Positions 63,927-64,000 of a stretch of DNA of 64,000 nucleotides are shown here, in pieces. The position numbers were made by a program, and so were the translations under genes. Origin of the DNA: Calditrichaceae bacterium (GTDB taxonomy: Bacteria; Calditrichota; Calditrichia; Calditrichales; JBFXGD01); assembly GCA_050173015.1 (NCBI GenBank), contig JBFXLE010000007.1, positions 119,658 to 183,657 on the forward strand. The letters run 5' to 3'. How positions within the stretch are numbered: position 1 is the stretch's first letter; each line of letters begins with the position of its first letter. The notes below the pieces were generated by a model. That model ran no database searches and was not told the DNA's origin. It worked only from the letters and a program-made list of their open reading frames with translations.

Positions 63927-64000
63927 TGCCCAAAGGGTGCTACTCTAAACAAAGAAAGGGATCTTTATGGAAGGACAAGATGTATGTCTGCGTTATAGCG

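Noticed and set aside
63967-64000. Identity of the gene starting at the window end
   Set aside because: Only 7-11 codons visible (MYVCVIA or MEGQDVCLRYS); insufficient to call

Overview
Bacterial chromosomal window. Ribosomal and RNA polymerase proteins look FCB-group-like, possibly Calditrichota (inference, not verified). Bases 1-27 kb are one uninterrupted minus-strand translation/transcription supercluster: tRNA-Thr/Gly/Thr, tuf, rpmG, tRNA-Trp, secE, nusG, rplKAJL, rpoBC, rpsLG, fusA, second tuf, S10 and spc genes, partial secY. rpsT and tig-clpP-clpX-lon follow. The accessory half (33-64 kb) holds outer-membrane proteins, including an Omp85 barrel fused to an atypical-kinase-like domain, plus carbonic anhydrase, an aminotransferase/omega-amidase pair and pntAAB. 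It also has a homogentisate (Tyr catabolism) cluster ending in a PPOX-like/MenA-like fusion, and an SLC13 permease + cNMP-domain kinase + receiver operon. The best candidate for an undescribed system is a HspR-like MerR regulator with an 8-Cys 'two-CW' tail and a perfect palindromic operator, heading a FadL-type porin and a tandem DUF302-like periplasmic protein next to a rhodanese (possible sulfur/redox-responsive uptake module). No CRISPR, rRNA, prophage or intact transposase was seen. All family calls are by eye from motifs; no searches were run.
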